Source: a virus
DNA: 64,000 bases
Strand: one strand, 5' to 3'
IMG/VR virus record: IMGVR_UViG_3300033146_000244
Span: 1 to 64,000 of that record
In this document: positions 40,316-48,449 of the stretch, in pieces
Numbering within the stretch: the stretch's first letter is position 1
Layout: every line of letters begins with the position of its first letter
The notes under the pieces: generated by a model
What the model was told of the DNA's origin: nothing
Databases searched by the model: none
Seen by the model: only the letters and a program-made list of their open reading frames with translations
Made by a program: the position numbers and the translations under genes

Positions 40316-40576
40316 TTAATTACTCTTATACGAGTGTTGTTGTTGCTCTTGCTTCTTTACGTAATCTACCACTTTTAATACACCATTCTTCTTGTGGTAA
40401 GTAGCACTCACTACTCCATTACGTAGCTTATGACACACGTAGCATCTATCATGTCCTTGTCTTTCTACTAACCTTCTCTTTAGTGGCTTCCCACAATCTA
40501 CACATCTCTTATTTGACATATCGTTATAAGCTATCCCTTTTCTTTTCCCAGTACTTACTGTTGATTTTATTGCCAT
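40316..40576 (-). CDS. Small basic zinc-finger protein
   Basis: CVDCGKPL...CYVC. Confidence 0.6.
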   Translation of the reverse strand: MAIKSTVSTGKRKGIAYNDMSNKRCVDCGKPLKRRLVERQGHDRCYVCHKLRNGVVSATYHKKNGVLKVVDYVKKQEQQQHSYKSN

Positions 40577-40680
40577 TCTATACGTCTATATTTACCTTAT
40601 TTATAATACCCCTTTTATTCTTATAATGCGGACAATCTACAAGTGGTTTGTTGGTTGTTTTCATTATACTCTTTATTTAT

Positions 40681-42849
40681 CTAATGTCCCCATGTATCTT
40701 GTATTACGGGTTCTGCTTTCATAGGCACTATCTCACAGAATAAAGCACCCGCATCTTCCATAGCACTTTTTACATCTAATGCCAACCATTCAGCATCTTC
40801 CTCCTTACATGAACTTAATATCTCATCATGTATCTCTGCTAAAAGTTTTACGTCTGTATGTAGTGGTGTGTAACCTTTCGCTATCAATCTCTTCCTCAAT
40901 AACAATATAGCTATCTTAGTCATATCACCAGCAGTACCTTGTGTTGGTGTATTCATTGACAACCTCTTATAGCTGCTATATAATCTTATTAACGCATACA
41001 AAGTTTTTTTATTTCCTTTCCAATACTTTGTATTTAATTGCTTATTCTCTAGTAAGCTCTTTAGTAATCTTGCCATCTTCTCTCTACCTATACTCTCTAT
41101 TACTTTCTTATAGTATTCTAAAAACTTGTCGTAGTTTGGTAGCATTCTCTTTCTATGCGTTACCTCATTTATCAGTATATACCCCTGCTTAATACTATCT
41201 TTCGCTACCTGCGAAAAATAAGCAACCTTCTCAGGAAACACTGCCAGCACACCGTTATATAACTCAGTAGCCTTCTCTTCCGTTATACTAAAAGATGTAG
41301 CTATTGTCTTAATACTCCCACCGTAATCTAGCTTGAAGTTCACTGTTTTAGATAAGTCCCTCTTGTCCTTATCAAATTCTACACTATAACTAGGTGTCTT
41401 CTTACTGATATTTTGAGGTACTCCTTCCAGTATTTCAAATAAGATGTTAGCTACAAAGGAATGCAAGTCACCGTCACCATTAAGGTAAAAGTCTATTAAC
41501 TTACTATCCTTACACTTATTAGCTGTAACTACTGATTCTTGACCACTGTAATCACAGTTTATCATTTTATAACCCTTTGCAACCCTAAAACAGCTTCTTA
41601 CTTCCTCGTCATGTGGTATATTCTGTATATTGGGCTTACTACTACTTGTCCTACCAGTAGTGAGTATCTGCCAATATGAAGCATGCACTCTACCGTTTAC
41701 AACGAACTTGTTTACAAACTTCACCCCATAAGTAGATATAGCTTTTTTATACTCTCTGTATTTAAGTAATATACTAAATATCTCATGTACTGGTATATTC
41801 TGAGTTAGTATTGCTTTACTTGTCCCAATCTTTTTCTTACCGTAGTCTTTTAAGTCGGCTCCGTTTATCCTACTTAACAACTCTATAAGTTGCTTAGGTG
41901 AGTTCCAGTTAGTAGTTGTGTTACCGAACAACCCATATTTGTCAGTACTTACTATCTTTTCTTTTATAGCAATATCATCTAATTTCTGTCTAGTTTTTAG
42001 TATCTTTGTTTTAAAGACACTTCCCAGCTTTAACCAACTTTCTACTACAATAGGCATACCGTTATATTCCATATCACCTAACCCAAATGATACTTCTGCT
42101 TCCATCGTAGGTAAGTCATAATCACAGTCGTCTAGTTTAAATGTATTTCTATAACCATTCTCTCTAAGTAACCGTTCTTGTTTAACTAGTATCCTACTAG
42201 GTGCAACAATGTCCTGTACCGCATATACTATGTGTCTTACAGTAAAAGGTTTTTGACCAATAGTTAAAAATAACATCGTAGTATCCTTATCCAATGACTC
42301 ATCAAAGTATCTGTAATAGCTACCTGCCATTGTGAAGTATCCAAATGTAGTTAGCTCAGTAAAGTCGGTTTTACCCTTATCTCCTGTAGTACCTGCATCT
42401 ATTATCATATCATTAATACTGGTATCCTCTAATATGTTTAGTACTATACCGTACTGTTTTAACATATTATAGTCGTATTTTAAGTTAGTGCCACTCCATC
42501 TAATACTTTCTAGCTCCTTTTTTAATAATCTAATATCGTAGTGTCTTGTATCTATTACTACCTGATGTTCCAGATTTCCAAATTGTAGCATAATCACCTT
42601 ATCCTTTCTAGGGTCTAAACCAGTAGTCTCTGTATCCAATATTGGTTTTGTGTTGTTTAAAGTAGTTGGAACTGCGGACAAAGAGTTTACACTATACACT
42701 GGGGTACTCATGTAACCTCCTATGAGCTCCTTAGCTTTTCTGGTTATACTTTTCTTATCTAGTGTTATAAGCGTAGTGTCTATACCTAATGTATTAACTG
42801 CTATATCAGCTACGTTATAGAGGGATTCTCCCCCGTAATAATATATCAT
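40681..42849 (-). CDS. polA: Family A DNA polymerase with 3'-5' exonuclease
   Basis: Exo I DTETTGLD, NLKYD, TTGRTSS..PNIQNIP, motif A DYSGQE, motif B KTVNFKLDYG, NTPTQGTAGD, motif C HDE. Confidence 0.95.
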   Translation of the reverse strand: MIYYYGGESLYNVADIAVNTLGIDTTLITLDKKSITRKAKELIGGYMSTPVYSVNSLSAVPTTLNNTKPILDTETTGLDPRKDKVIMLQFGNLEHQVVIDTRHYDIRLLKKELESIRWSGTNLKYDYNMLKQYGIVLNILEDTSINDMIIDAGTTGDKGKTDFTELTTFGYFTMAGSYYRYFDESLDKDTTMLFLTIGQKPFTVRHIVYAVQDIVAPSRILVKQERLLRENGYRNTFKLDDCDYDLPTMEAEVSFGLGDMEYNGMPIVVESWLKLGSVFKTKILKTRQKLDDIAIKEKIVSTDKYGLFGNTTTNWNSPKQLIELLSRINGADLKDYGKKKIGTSKAILTQNIPVHEIFSILLKYREYKKAISTYGVKFVNKFVVNGRVHASYWQILTTGRTSSSKPNIQNIPHDEEVRSCFRVAKGYKMINCDYSGQESVVTANKCKDSKLIDFYLNGDGDLHSFVANILFEILEGVPQNISKKTPSYSVEFDKDKRDLSKTVNFKLDYGGSIKTIATSFSITEEKATELYNGVLAVFPEKVAYFSQVAKDSIKQGYILINEVTHRKRMLPNYDKFLEYYKKVIESIGREKMARLLKSLLENKQLNTKYWKGNKKTLYALIRLYSSYKRLSMNTPTQGTAGDMTKIAILLLRKRLIAKGYTPLHTDVKLLAEIHDEILSSCKEEDAEWLALDVKSAMEDAGALFCEIVPMKAEPVIQDTWGH
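42692..42704 (-). repeat. Dispersed motif copy 5 (variant)
   Basis: Minus strand CCCCAGTGTATAG followed by TGTAAAC, in the PolA N-terminal extension (TPVYSVN). Confidence 0.65.
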
Positions 42850-43082
42850 AATCCTAACATGTATTGCTTAGCATCTGATGCGTATTGTTCTTCACTCTTA
42901 GTTAGCAGTATGTTTGAGTGTATTGCGTTTACTACCTCAGCCATCAAAGCATTATCCATAATCATTGTAGGTATTTCAACATCGTAAGATTTTTTATACT
43001 CTTCTACTGTCATTATTTTAAAGTGTAACCCCTCTGACATATTTAGTACAGCTATTCTCTTGTTTGATTTATTTTCTACCAT
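42846..43082 (-). CDS. Hypothetical protein
   Basis: 78 aa, ATGA overlap with polA. Confidence 0.6.
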   Translation of the reverse strand: MVENKSNKRIAVLNMSEGLHFKIMTVEEYKKSYDVEIPTMIMDNALMAEVVNAIHSNILLTKSEEQYASDAKQYMLGL

Positions 43083-43128
43083 TTTATACTATTTAATTAA
43101 TTTGTATCATGCCAACAAGAAGAAAAAA

Positions 43129-43223
43129 CCAAAGAGCTGTATAAACAAGTATAGTAAATTAAACCAACCCTCAATTAGGTAAGTCTGTTATTACTGTATG
43201 CTTGTTATATACAAACCCTTTGG
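43129..43223. ncRNA. Long imperfect intergenic stem-loop (candidate structured RNA)
   Basis: CCAAAG..TGTATA-AACAAGTAT-AGTAA pairs with TTACT..ATGCTTGTT.TATACA....CTTTGG. Confidence 0.45.
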
Positions 43224-43248
43224 CTTGTTAGACTTCTCGTCTATTTTA

Positions 43249-43791
43249 TTACACTTTTCTAAGTGTTTTATTTTTTGTAGAGACTGCTCTACAATGGTAT
43301 GTTTCATGGTCTCCATCTAGTATTGATAATAAAGCCTGTGTAGCTTCTTCATTAGAAGTTACTGGTTCTTTATCGTTATAGACACCAAAAATGTAACCAT
43401 CTTCGGTTACACTGTTTTTAATCTTATAAGCTAGTTTTAATGACTTTGTAATATTAAGCACATCTGCATATACCCCATTGGATAATGCGTGTGTAACTGC
43501 TTTCACAAAGCTAGTTACTTCCTTATGTCCTCTATCCTTAATTATTAACACTTCCTCTACGACTGATAAACTATGAAGAAGGCTCTGTTCTAAGTCCCCA
43601 CTTAACCCAACTATAACGTCAATAATATAATCAGGCTCTGTATGAGCATTTTTTTTACTATTGTATGGTTTTAACAGTTTAAAGTATTTTAATATAACCT
43701 CTATGGCTATATGTTCTTTACCTTCTATTACATTATAGATTAACTCGTTTAATGCTTCACTGTAATCTTTTCTTATTTGTGTTACCTCCAT
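43249..43791 (-). CDS. Hypothetical protein
   Basis: 180-aa ORF in a packed operon. Confidence 0.6.
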   Translation of the reverse strand: MEVTQIRKDYSEALNELIYNVIEGKEHIAIEVILKYFKLLKPYNSKKNAHTEPDYIIDVIVGLSGDLEQSLLHSLSVVEEVLIIKDRGHKEVTSFVKAVTHALSNGVYADVLNITKSLKLAYKIKNSVTEDGYIFGVYNDKEPVTSNEEATQALLSILDGDHETYHCRAVSTKNKTLRKV

Positions 43792-44126
43792 AGTTCTTTT
43801 AGTTTTGTTATAAATGATTTGTTATTTGTTATTCTTTTTGTATCAGCTTCTATTGCTTCTACAACTACTACTATACCGTTTTTTAAATCAGACATGTCCT
43901 CTTTAAGGTTGTCTAATTTTATATGCGTAATATCATGTTTGGTTGATAAAGTGTCTATGTATATGGATACTGCATCAAACCTCTTATTCATTTCCTCTTG
44001 TAAACTTACTATGTCTTTCTTAGTTGCATAGTCTCTATCAATACTACTAAAAATAGTTGTACTTACAATGATAGTAATTATTAGTAATAGTGTAACAGGT
44101 ATAATGTAACTATTCTTTTTACCCAT
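43782..44126 (-). CDS. Membrane-anchored coiled-coil protein
   Basis: N-terminal TM segment (IIPVTLLLIITIIVSTTIF) followed by heptads. Likely start MGKKN at 44126. Confidence 0.6.
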   Translation of the reverse strand: MGKKNSYIIPVTLLLIITIIVSTTIFSSIDRDYATKKDIVSLQEEMNKRFDAVSIYIDTLSTKHDITHIKLDNLKEDMSDLKNGIVVVVEAIEADTKRITNNKSFITKLKELWR

Positions 44127-44280
44127 CCTCTCTTGGTTTATTATCACCTTGTGTATCTAATTCTGTTACTGTCACCAACATAATACTCGGTAATTTTTTA
44201 ATACCGTCTATTATATAATAAATTGTAATAGCACCGGTGGCTAGTGCTATTATAGATACTGCTTGTTTAAGGTATTTCAT
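44119..44280 (-). CDS. Small membrane protein (53 aa; not in the ORF track)
   Basis: MKYLKQAVSIIALATGAITIYYIIDGIKK...; TAATG overlap upstream and overlap with the next start. Confidence 0.55.
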   Translation of the reverse strand: MKYLKQAVSIIALATGAITIYYIIDGIKKLPSIMLVTVTELDTQGDNKPREDG

Positions 44281-45239
44281 TATCGTTTCTTTTTATATGT
44301 ACGCTTTTTAACTGCATAGGCTTCATTAATTACAAAGTTATGCCCTTGAAACCAGTATTTAGCTCTTAGCCCCTCGTAGTATTCACGAACAGTCCCAATA
44401 TCGTTAATTACTTCTCCTTCCGTGAGCATACGTTCTCTTGTGGCTATACGCTTTTTTATTCTACTTAGTTTTTTGTTTAGCACAGCTAAATCAATACCAG
44501 TAGTAACATCTACCCTATTAAGCAATTCCTGTTCTGTAACGAGCAGCTTACCAAGTTCCAGTAAAGTAGCACTCTCACCATCAGCCTTTGCTTCATCATG
44601 CGCTTGTTGCATATAAGAACAATTAGGTATCTCCTCTCTTGTTACTTTAATTAAATCATACGTACTAACTGTCTTTGGCTTTTTTAAAAGCATTCTTTCA
44701 CGAGTGTATTTTTTAGTCTTCTCCTCGTTTATAGTACTTGTGATAACTTTGTAGTCAGTATTAATGTTTACGCTGTTTATACGTCTTATCTGTTCAGATG
44801 TGCGTAGGAGTAGTTGTTTACGTTTTTCAGCGTATCTCTGATACCGTTTTGTTGCAATGACTATTTTACCAACAGTCGCCTCATCTGATACACCTTCTTT
44901 GTTAAGTAGTGCTATTACATCAGCTTCTTGTAGTTTCACAAGTTTTGCAGTAACGGTAAATGAGTTATTCCATTCCCTCCCTGTGTGTCTTCGCACCATT
45001 GCGTTTATCCTGTTATAATTTTCTACAAACAGTTTTGTGGCTCTATTCTGCTCCTCTACGTACTTCTCTTTGAGTTGTTTTTTAAGAAAGCCTACATGTG
45101 GTTTCTTTTTGCTAGCTTTCATTGCTTGCATCCTCAGTTTATTAAGTCCTGCTGCAACTTCTTCTGCTACTGTTTCTGCATTGTAAGTGCAACTATTCCA
45201 CATTTCTTCTAATTCTATTTTATTTACACCTTTTGACAT
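44280..45239 (-). CDS. Basic coiled-coil hypothetical protein
   Basis: 319 aa, K/R/E-rich. Confidence 0.65.
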   Translation of the reverse strand: MSKGVNKIELEEMWNSCTYNAETVAEEVAAGLNKLRMQAMKASKKKPHVGFLKKQLKEKYVEEQNRATKLFVENYNRINAMVRRHTGREWNNSFTVTAKLVKLQEADVIALLNKEGVSDEATVGKIVIATKRYQRYAEKRKQLLLRTSEQIRRINSVNINTDYKVITSTINEEKTKKYTRERMLLKKPKTVSTYDLIKVTREEIPNCSYMQQAHDEAKADGESATLLELGKLLVTEQELLNRVDVTTGIDLAVLNKKLSRIKKRIATRERMLTEGEVINDIGTVREYYEGLRAKYWFQGHNFVINEAYAVKKRTYKKKR

Positions 45240-45260
45240 TGTTGTAATATATTATAAATT

Positions 45261-45286
45261 CCTATTACGCATTATTGCGTAGTAGG
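45261..45286. terminator. Intergenic hairpin
   Basis: CCTATTACGCA-TTAT-TGCGTAGTAGG. Confidence 0.45.
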
Positions 45287-45293
45287 TACTGTA

Positions 45294-46133
45294 CTATCTG
45301 TTGTATGCTTCTTTAATGCTTTTCTTGTATATTCTAGCACCTTTGCTAGGATACTTCGTATCTGTCATATACCCACATAATTGTAAATTTGTAAGTGCTT
45401 CTGACCATGAATAAGCATTGATAACACGACTATAACGTAATGTGCCTATACTATACAGCCAGGTCTCGTTTGGTTTACGAGACCATGCTTTTATAAGTAT
45501 ATTCCCATCGTTACTACTACTTGGTGCATATTTGGTTGTGCCAATTATCTTCAACCAGTTCTCCACTGACTCCTCGTAAGAATCAAATACTGCAAAGTAG
45601 CTTTTAACTACCGTCCTCTTACCGTCTTCTTCTTCCCAAGTTCTGTATTTAGATTTTCTTTGTCCTTTGCGAGCTTTCATGCCAAAGATATTATAATTCT
45701 TTGCTATCGGTGAGTGCATTACATACCAATACCCATCATCGTTTTTACCCGATGATTCTGTTATAGCCAGTATGTTTAGTAATATAGCTAAATCCTCCTT
45801 AGGCATATTATTAAACAGTGTATCCTTAGCAATAATGGGCATTATAAACTCTTTGAAATCCATAGAGAACTCTTCCCTAGTACCTTTCTTAGTTGTATAG
45901 CTTCTTAGAGTACTTTCGCTTGTGCTAGCACCAGTATTAACTTCTATTTTATTATCATCTTTTTTAAATGGTACTCTCGTAGATAGTAACATTACTGTTA
46001 GTATGAATATGCTACTTATGGTACGGTATCTCTCTATTTTATGACCATGCTGTTTAACTAGTTTTATTATTTTAATAAGTATTTTACTTATACCCGTTCT
46101 TTTCCTCTTGTTGAAATCAATTGATATTTTCAT
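45294..46133 (-). CDS. GH73/FlgJ-like peptidoglycan hydrolase with N-terminal TM segment
   Basis: AITESS, NIFGMKA, FAVFDSYEESV, GYMTD..Y. Confidence 0.8.
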   Translation of the reverse strand: MKISIDFNKRKRTGISKILIKIIKLVKQHGHKIERYRTISSIFILTVMLLSTRVPFKKDDNKIEVNTGASTSESTLRSYTTKKGTREEFSMDFKEFIMPIIAKDTLFNNMPKEDLAILLNILAITESSGKNDDGYWYVMHSPIAKNYNIFGMKARKGQRKSKYRTWEEEDGKRTVVKSYFAVFDSYEESVENWLKIIGTTKYAPSSSNDGNILIKAWSRKPNETWLYSIGTLRYSRVINAYSWSEALTNLQLCGYMTDTKYPSKGARIYKKSIKEAYNR

Positions 46134-46396
46134 GGCATTCGCTTATTATTAATTGTTTTTAGTCTGCATATAAGGTTATTCTTTTTTATCAGTGCATCAC
46201 CAATACATTTATCTGGGATACGGTCTAACTTACCTCTTAAAACTGATGCAGCTTTATTAAGAGATACAAATTTTTTCTCACCGTCTATTAGCACGAGAGT
46301 TCTTTTAATAACTACGTGCTTCTTTACAGCTCTCTTGGCTGCCCTCTTCTTATTCTTGATGTATTTCTCTACATCTTTTTGTCTTACACCTGCCAT
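46130..46396 (-). CDS. Small basic hypothetical protein
   Basis: 88 aa, K/R-rich, ATGA overlap. Confidence 0.6.
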   Translation of the reverse strand: MAGVRQKDVEKYIKNKKRAAKRAVKKHVVIKRTLVLIDGEKKFVSLNKAASVLRGKLDRIPDKCIGDALIKKNNLICRLKTINNKRMP

Positions 46397-46398
46397 TA

Positions 46399-46722
46399 TT
46401 ATTGGTTTTTATTTATTAGTACATTCCTTTTATCTCTTCTTGCCTTCTCCCCTACTCGCATAGGTCTTGGGTCAGTTGTATTAACAACTTTACCAGTTCT
46501 TCTGCATATAGCTATTTTAGTAGCATTCCCTCTCTTCTTCTGCGGTTTGTTACGATTACCACCACCAAAGTAGTTTTTATTTGTAGGGTGTCTGTAACTA
46601 ATACTACCATCTTCTTCTATTACTTTTACAGCTGTACCTTCTTTCCAAACAACTTTTTCTTTTACTTTAATTGCTTTTACCTCTTCCCATCGCTTCTGTT
46701 CACTTGTTTTAATTTTGCTCAT
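46399..46722 (-). CDS. Small basic hypothetical protein
   Basis: 107 aa, K/R-rich. Confidence 0.6.
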   Translation of the reverse strand: MSKIKTSEQKRWEEVKAIKVKEKVVWKEGTAVKVIEEDGSISYRHPTNKNYFGGGNRNKPQKKRGNATKIAICRRTGKVVNTTDPRPMRVGEKARRDKRNVLINKNQ

Positions 46723-46871
46723 ATTTATAAGATATTTGATATTCTCCTCTGTATTATTACAGTTTAGAGTTGTAATATCGGTTTAAAACCACTACGCCAC
46801 GTTAAGGCTATTACATGTAATGGATTTTAGCAGGAATATCTACAAGCCTGCTAGGGATTTCAACCAGTGTA

Positions 46872-47912
46872 TTATCTTAAACCAGTGAGCCTATTAAACA
46901 TTGTTTTGTTTATAAGTGCAGCTGGTTTAACTGTTATTCTTTTAGTATAGTAACTTACATTCTTTATCACTTCCACATCATTATTTTGCGTATTGATACC
47001 ATGTAGCACACTCCTATTTTTATAACACTTGTTACTTTGTTCTTTTCGTATATTGTTAGAGTGGTTACTATGTAACCTGTTATGATACATACGTTCTAAC
47101 CTATCATGTTTCTCTATTAACTTAGTCAGTTTATCATCTAAGTAGTCTTGGTAGAACTTAGGTAATGCACGTCTTAATACATTATTAGTTTCTACCCCAG
47201 CACTGCAATCACAGACAAATGTATCGCCTGCATACTTCTTTATCTGTGCTTCTAAATCCTTTATAACCCAATATGCCTTTGTATTACTACTTTTTTTATT
47301 ACCCTTACTAACTAACTCAGATACCTTAGTTGTTATACCATTATTTAGGTAGTATTCATCACGTCGCATATATAAATTTGCTACTTGTAACGCACCACTT
47401 GACGATACATACTCGTTATTCACGTTCTTTCTATTTATACCCCAGTTGGTTATTATGTCTAGTTCTTGTCTGTCTTTAATTACTCTTTTTATTTTATAAA
47501 CCATTTGATTATAGTTTATTTCTTTTTTACTACGTAGCATCTGTCCCATAAATTTGAATGCCTTGTTGAAGTTATTAGTATTACTGTACCATCTATCATA
47601 GCCTACTATCTTTTTGTTCTCCTTATCTACTATTCTATTTAAGTAGTCGTCTTCTCCCGTATGTTCAACTACATACTCATCATCGTATTGCCCAAAGTCT
47701 CCCTCTATTGCAAAAAATTCCTCTGCATTTATTATGTTTCTTTCAATTCTGCTATCGTATTGACAGTCCTTAGTAGAATATATAGGAGTATTACCATAAA
47801 TAGGGTCTAACTCCTGCTCTACTGCTTCTTCAAATCTATCTTCGTAGTTACTTACTACTCTGGTCTCTACTACCCAGTTGTCTTTGTTTATTTTGTTTAT
47901 ATCTATTTTCAT
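46872..47912 (-). CDS. Hypothetical protein
   Basis: Likely start MKIDIN at 47912; the longer call (to 47990) runs through the tRNA-like element. Confidence 0.65.
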   Translation of the reverse strand: MKIDINKINKDNWVVETRVVSNYEDRFEEAVEQELDPIYGNTPIYSTKDCQYDSRIERNIINAEEFFAIEGDFGQYDDEYVVEHTGEDDYLNRIVDKENKKIVGYDRWYSNTNNFNKAFKFMGQMLRSKKEINYNQMVYKIKRVIKDRQELDIITNWGINRKNVNNEYVSSSGALQVANLYMRRDEYYLNNGITTKVSELVSKGNKKSSNTKAYWVIKDLEAQIKKYAGDTFVCDCSAGVETNNVLRRALPKFYQDYLDDKLTKLIEKHDRLERMYHNRLHSNHSNNIRKEQSNKCYKNRSVLHGINTQNNDVEVIKNVSYYTKRITVKPAALINKTMFNRLTGLR

Positions 47913-47944
47913 AATGTTACACCTGTTTAATTGGTTAATAATTG

Positions 47945-48013
47945 CAATACAGGTGGGACTTGAACCCACATAACTACCGTAGTAGTGCACTATCCTATTT
48001 GTGCTACTGTACC
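47945..48013 (-). ncRNA. tRNA-like RNA lacking an anticodon loop (UACG tetraloop instead)
   Basis: GGTACAG-TA-GCAC-AAATAGGATA-GTGC-A-CTAC-TACG-GTAG-TTAT-GTGGG-TTCAAGT-CCCAC-CTGTATT-G. Acceptor, D and T arms are canonical. Confidence 0.8.
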
Positions 48014-48028
48014 ATTGATAATTAGTTA

Positions 48029-48418
48029 TTAATTATCAAGCTCTTTAAGCTGTTTTTCAAGCTCTTCTACTGTTAATCTTTCTCTTGCTTTTTTTCTTGC
48101 ATTATACAACTCTTCTACAAGTTCTGCTCTTCTATCTGCTTTATTTTGTTTTATATCATTCTCCTCTATTAACACCTCTCTGTACTCAACCAGTTCTCTA
48201 ACTACTCCTATTTTAAAGGTAAGTTCTTTTACCTTGCTACTAACTTCTCTTTTTTTAGCAAAGAAGCTACCCGACTCTCCAAAAGTAGCTAACTCTCTTT
48301 CTAAGCCAAGTCCGTAACTTAGTAAGAACCTTGTGGTCATGTTATTTAATTGACTTACATTTAATACTCCTTTTGATGTACTGAATGATACATTCTTTAA
48401 TACTGCTTTCTTAATCAT
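48029..48418 (-). CDS. Coiled-coil hypothetical protein
   Basis: FSTSKGVLNVSQL...LTVEELEKQL; directly downstream of the 722-aa gene. Confidence 0.65.
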   Translation of the reverse strand: MIKKAVLKNVSFSTSKGVLNVSQLNNMTTRFLLSYGLGLERELATFGESGSFFAKKREVSSKVKELTFKIGVVRELVEYREVLIEENDIKQNKADRRAELVEELYNARKKARERLTVEELEKQLKELDN

Positions 48419-48449
48419 TTTTATTTGTTTTTAATGGTTTGTAGTGTTA

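Noticed and set aside
41310-41365. Unusual residue at PolA position 762
   Set aside because: Motif B reads KTVNF, the ordinary Phe; only the following K and D differ from consensus.
46790-46870. A second tRNA-like element (minus-strand GGTTGAAATCC and a TAGCAGG/CCTGCTA stem)
   Set aside because: No acceptor stem or D arm could be built; only an isolated hairpin is supported.
47945-48013. A normal decoding tRNA (e.g. Arg-ACG)
   Set aside because: The anticodon arm has only about 12-14 nt and cannot form a 5-bp stem with a 7-nt loop.
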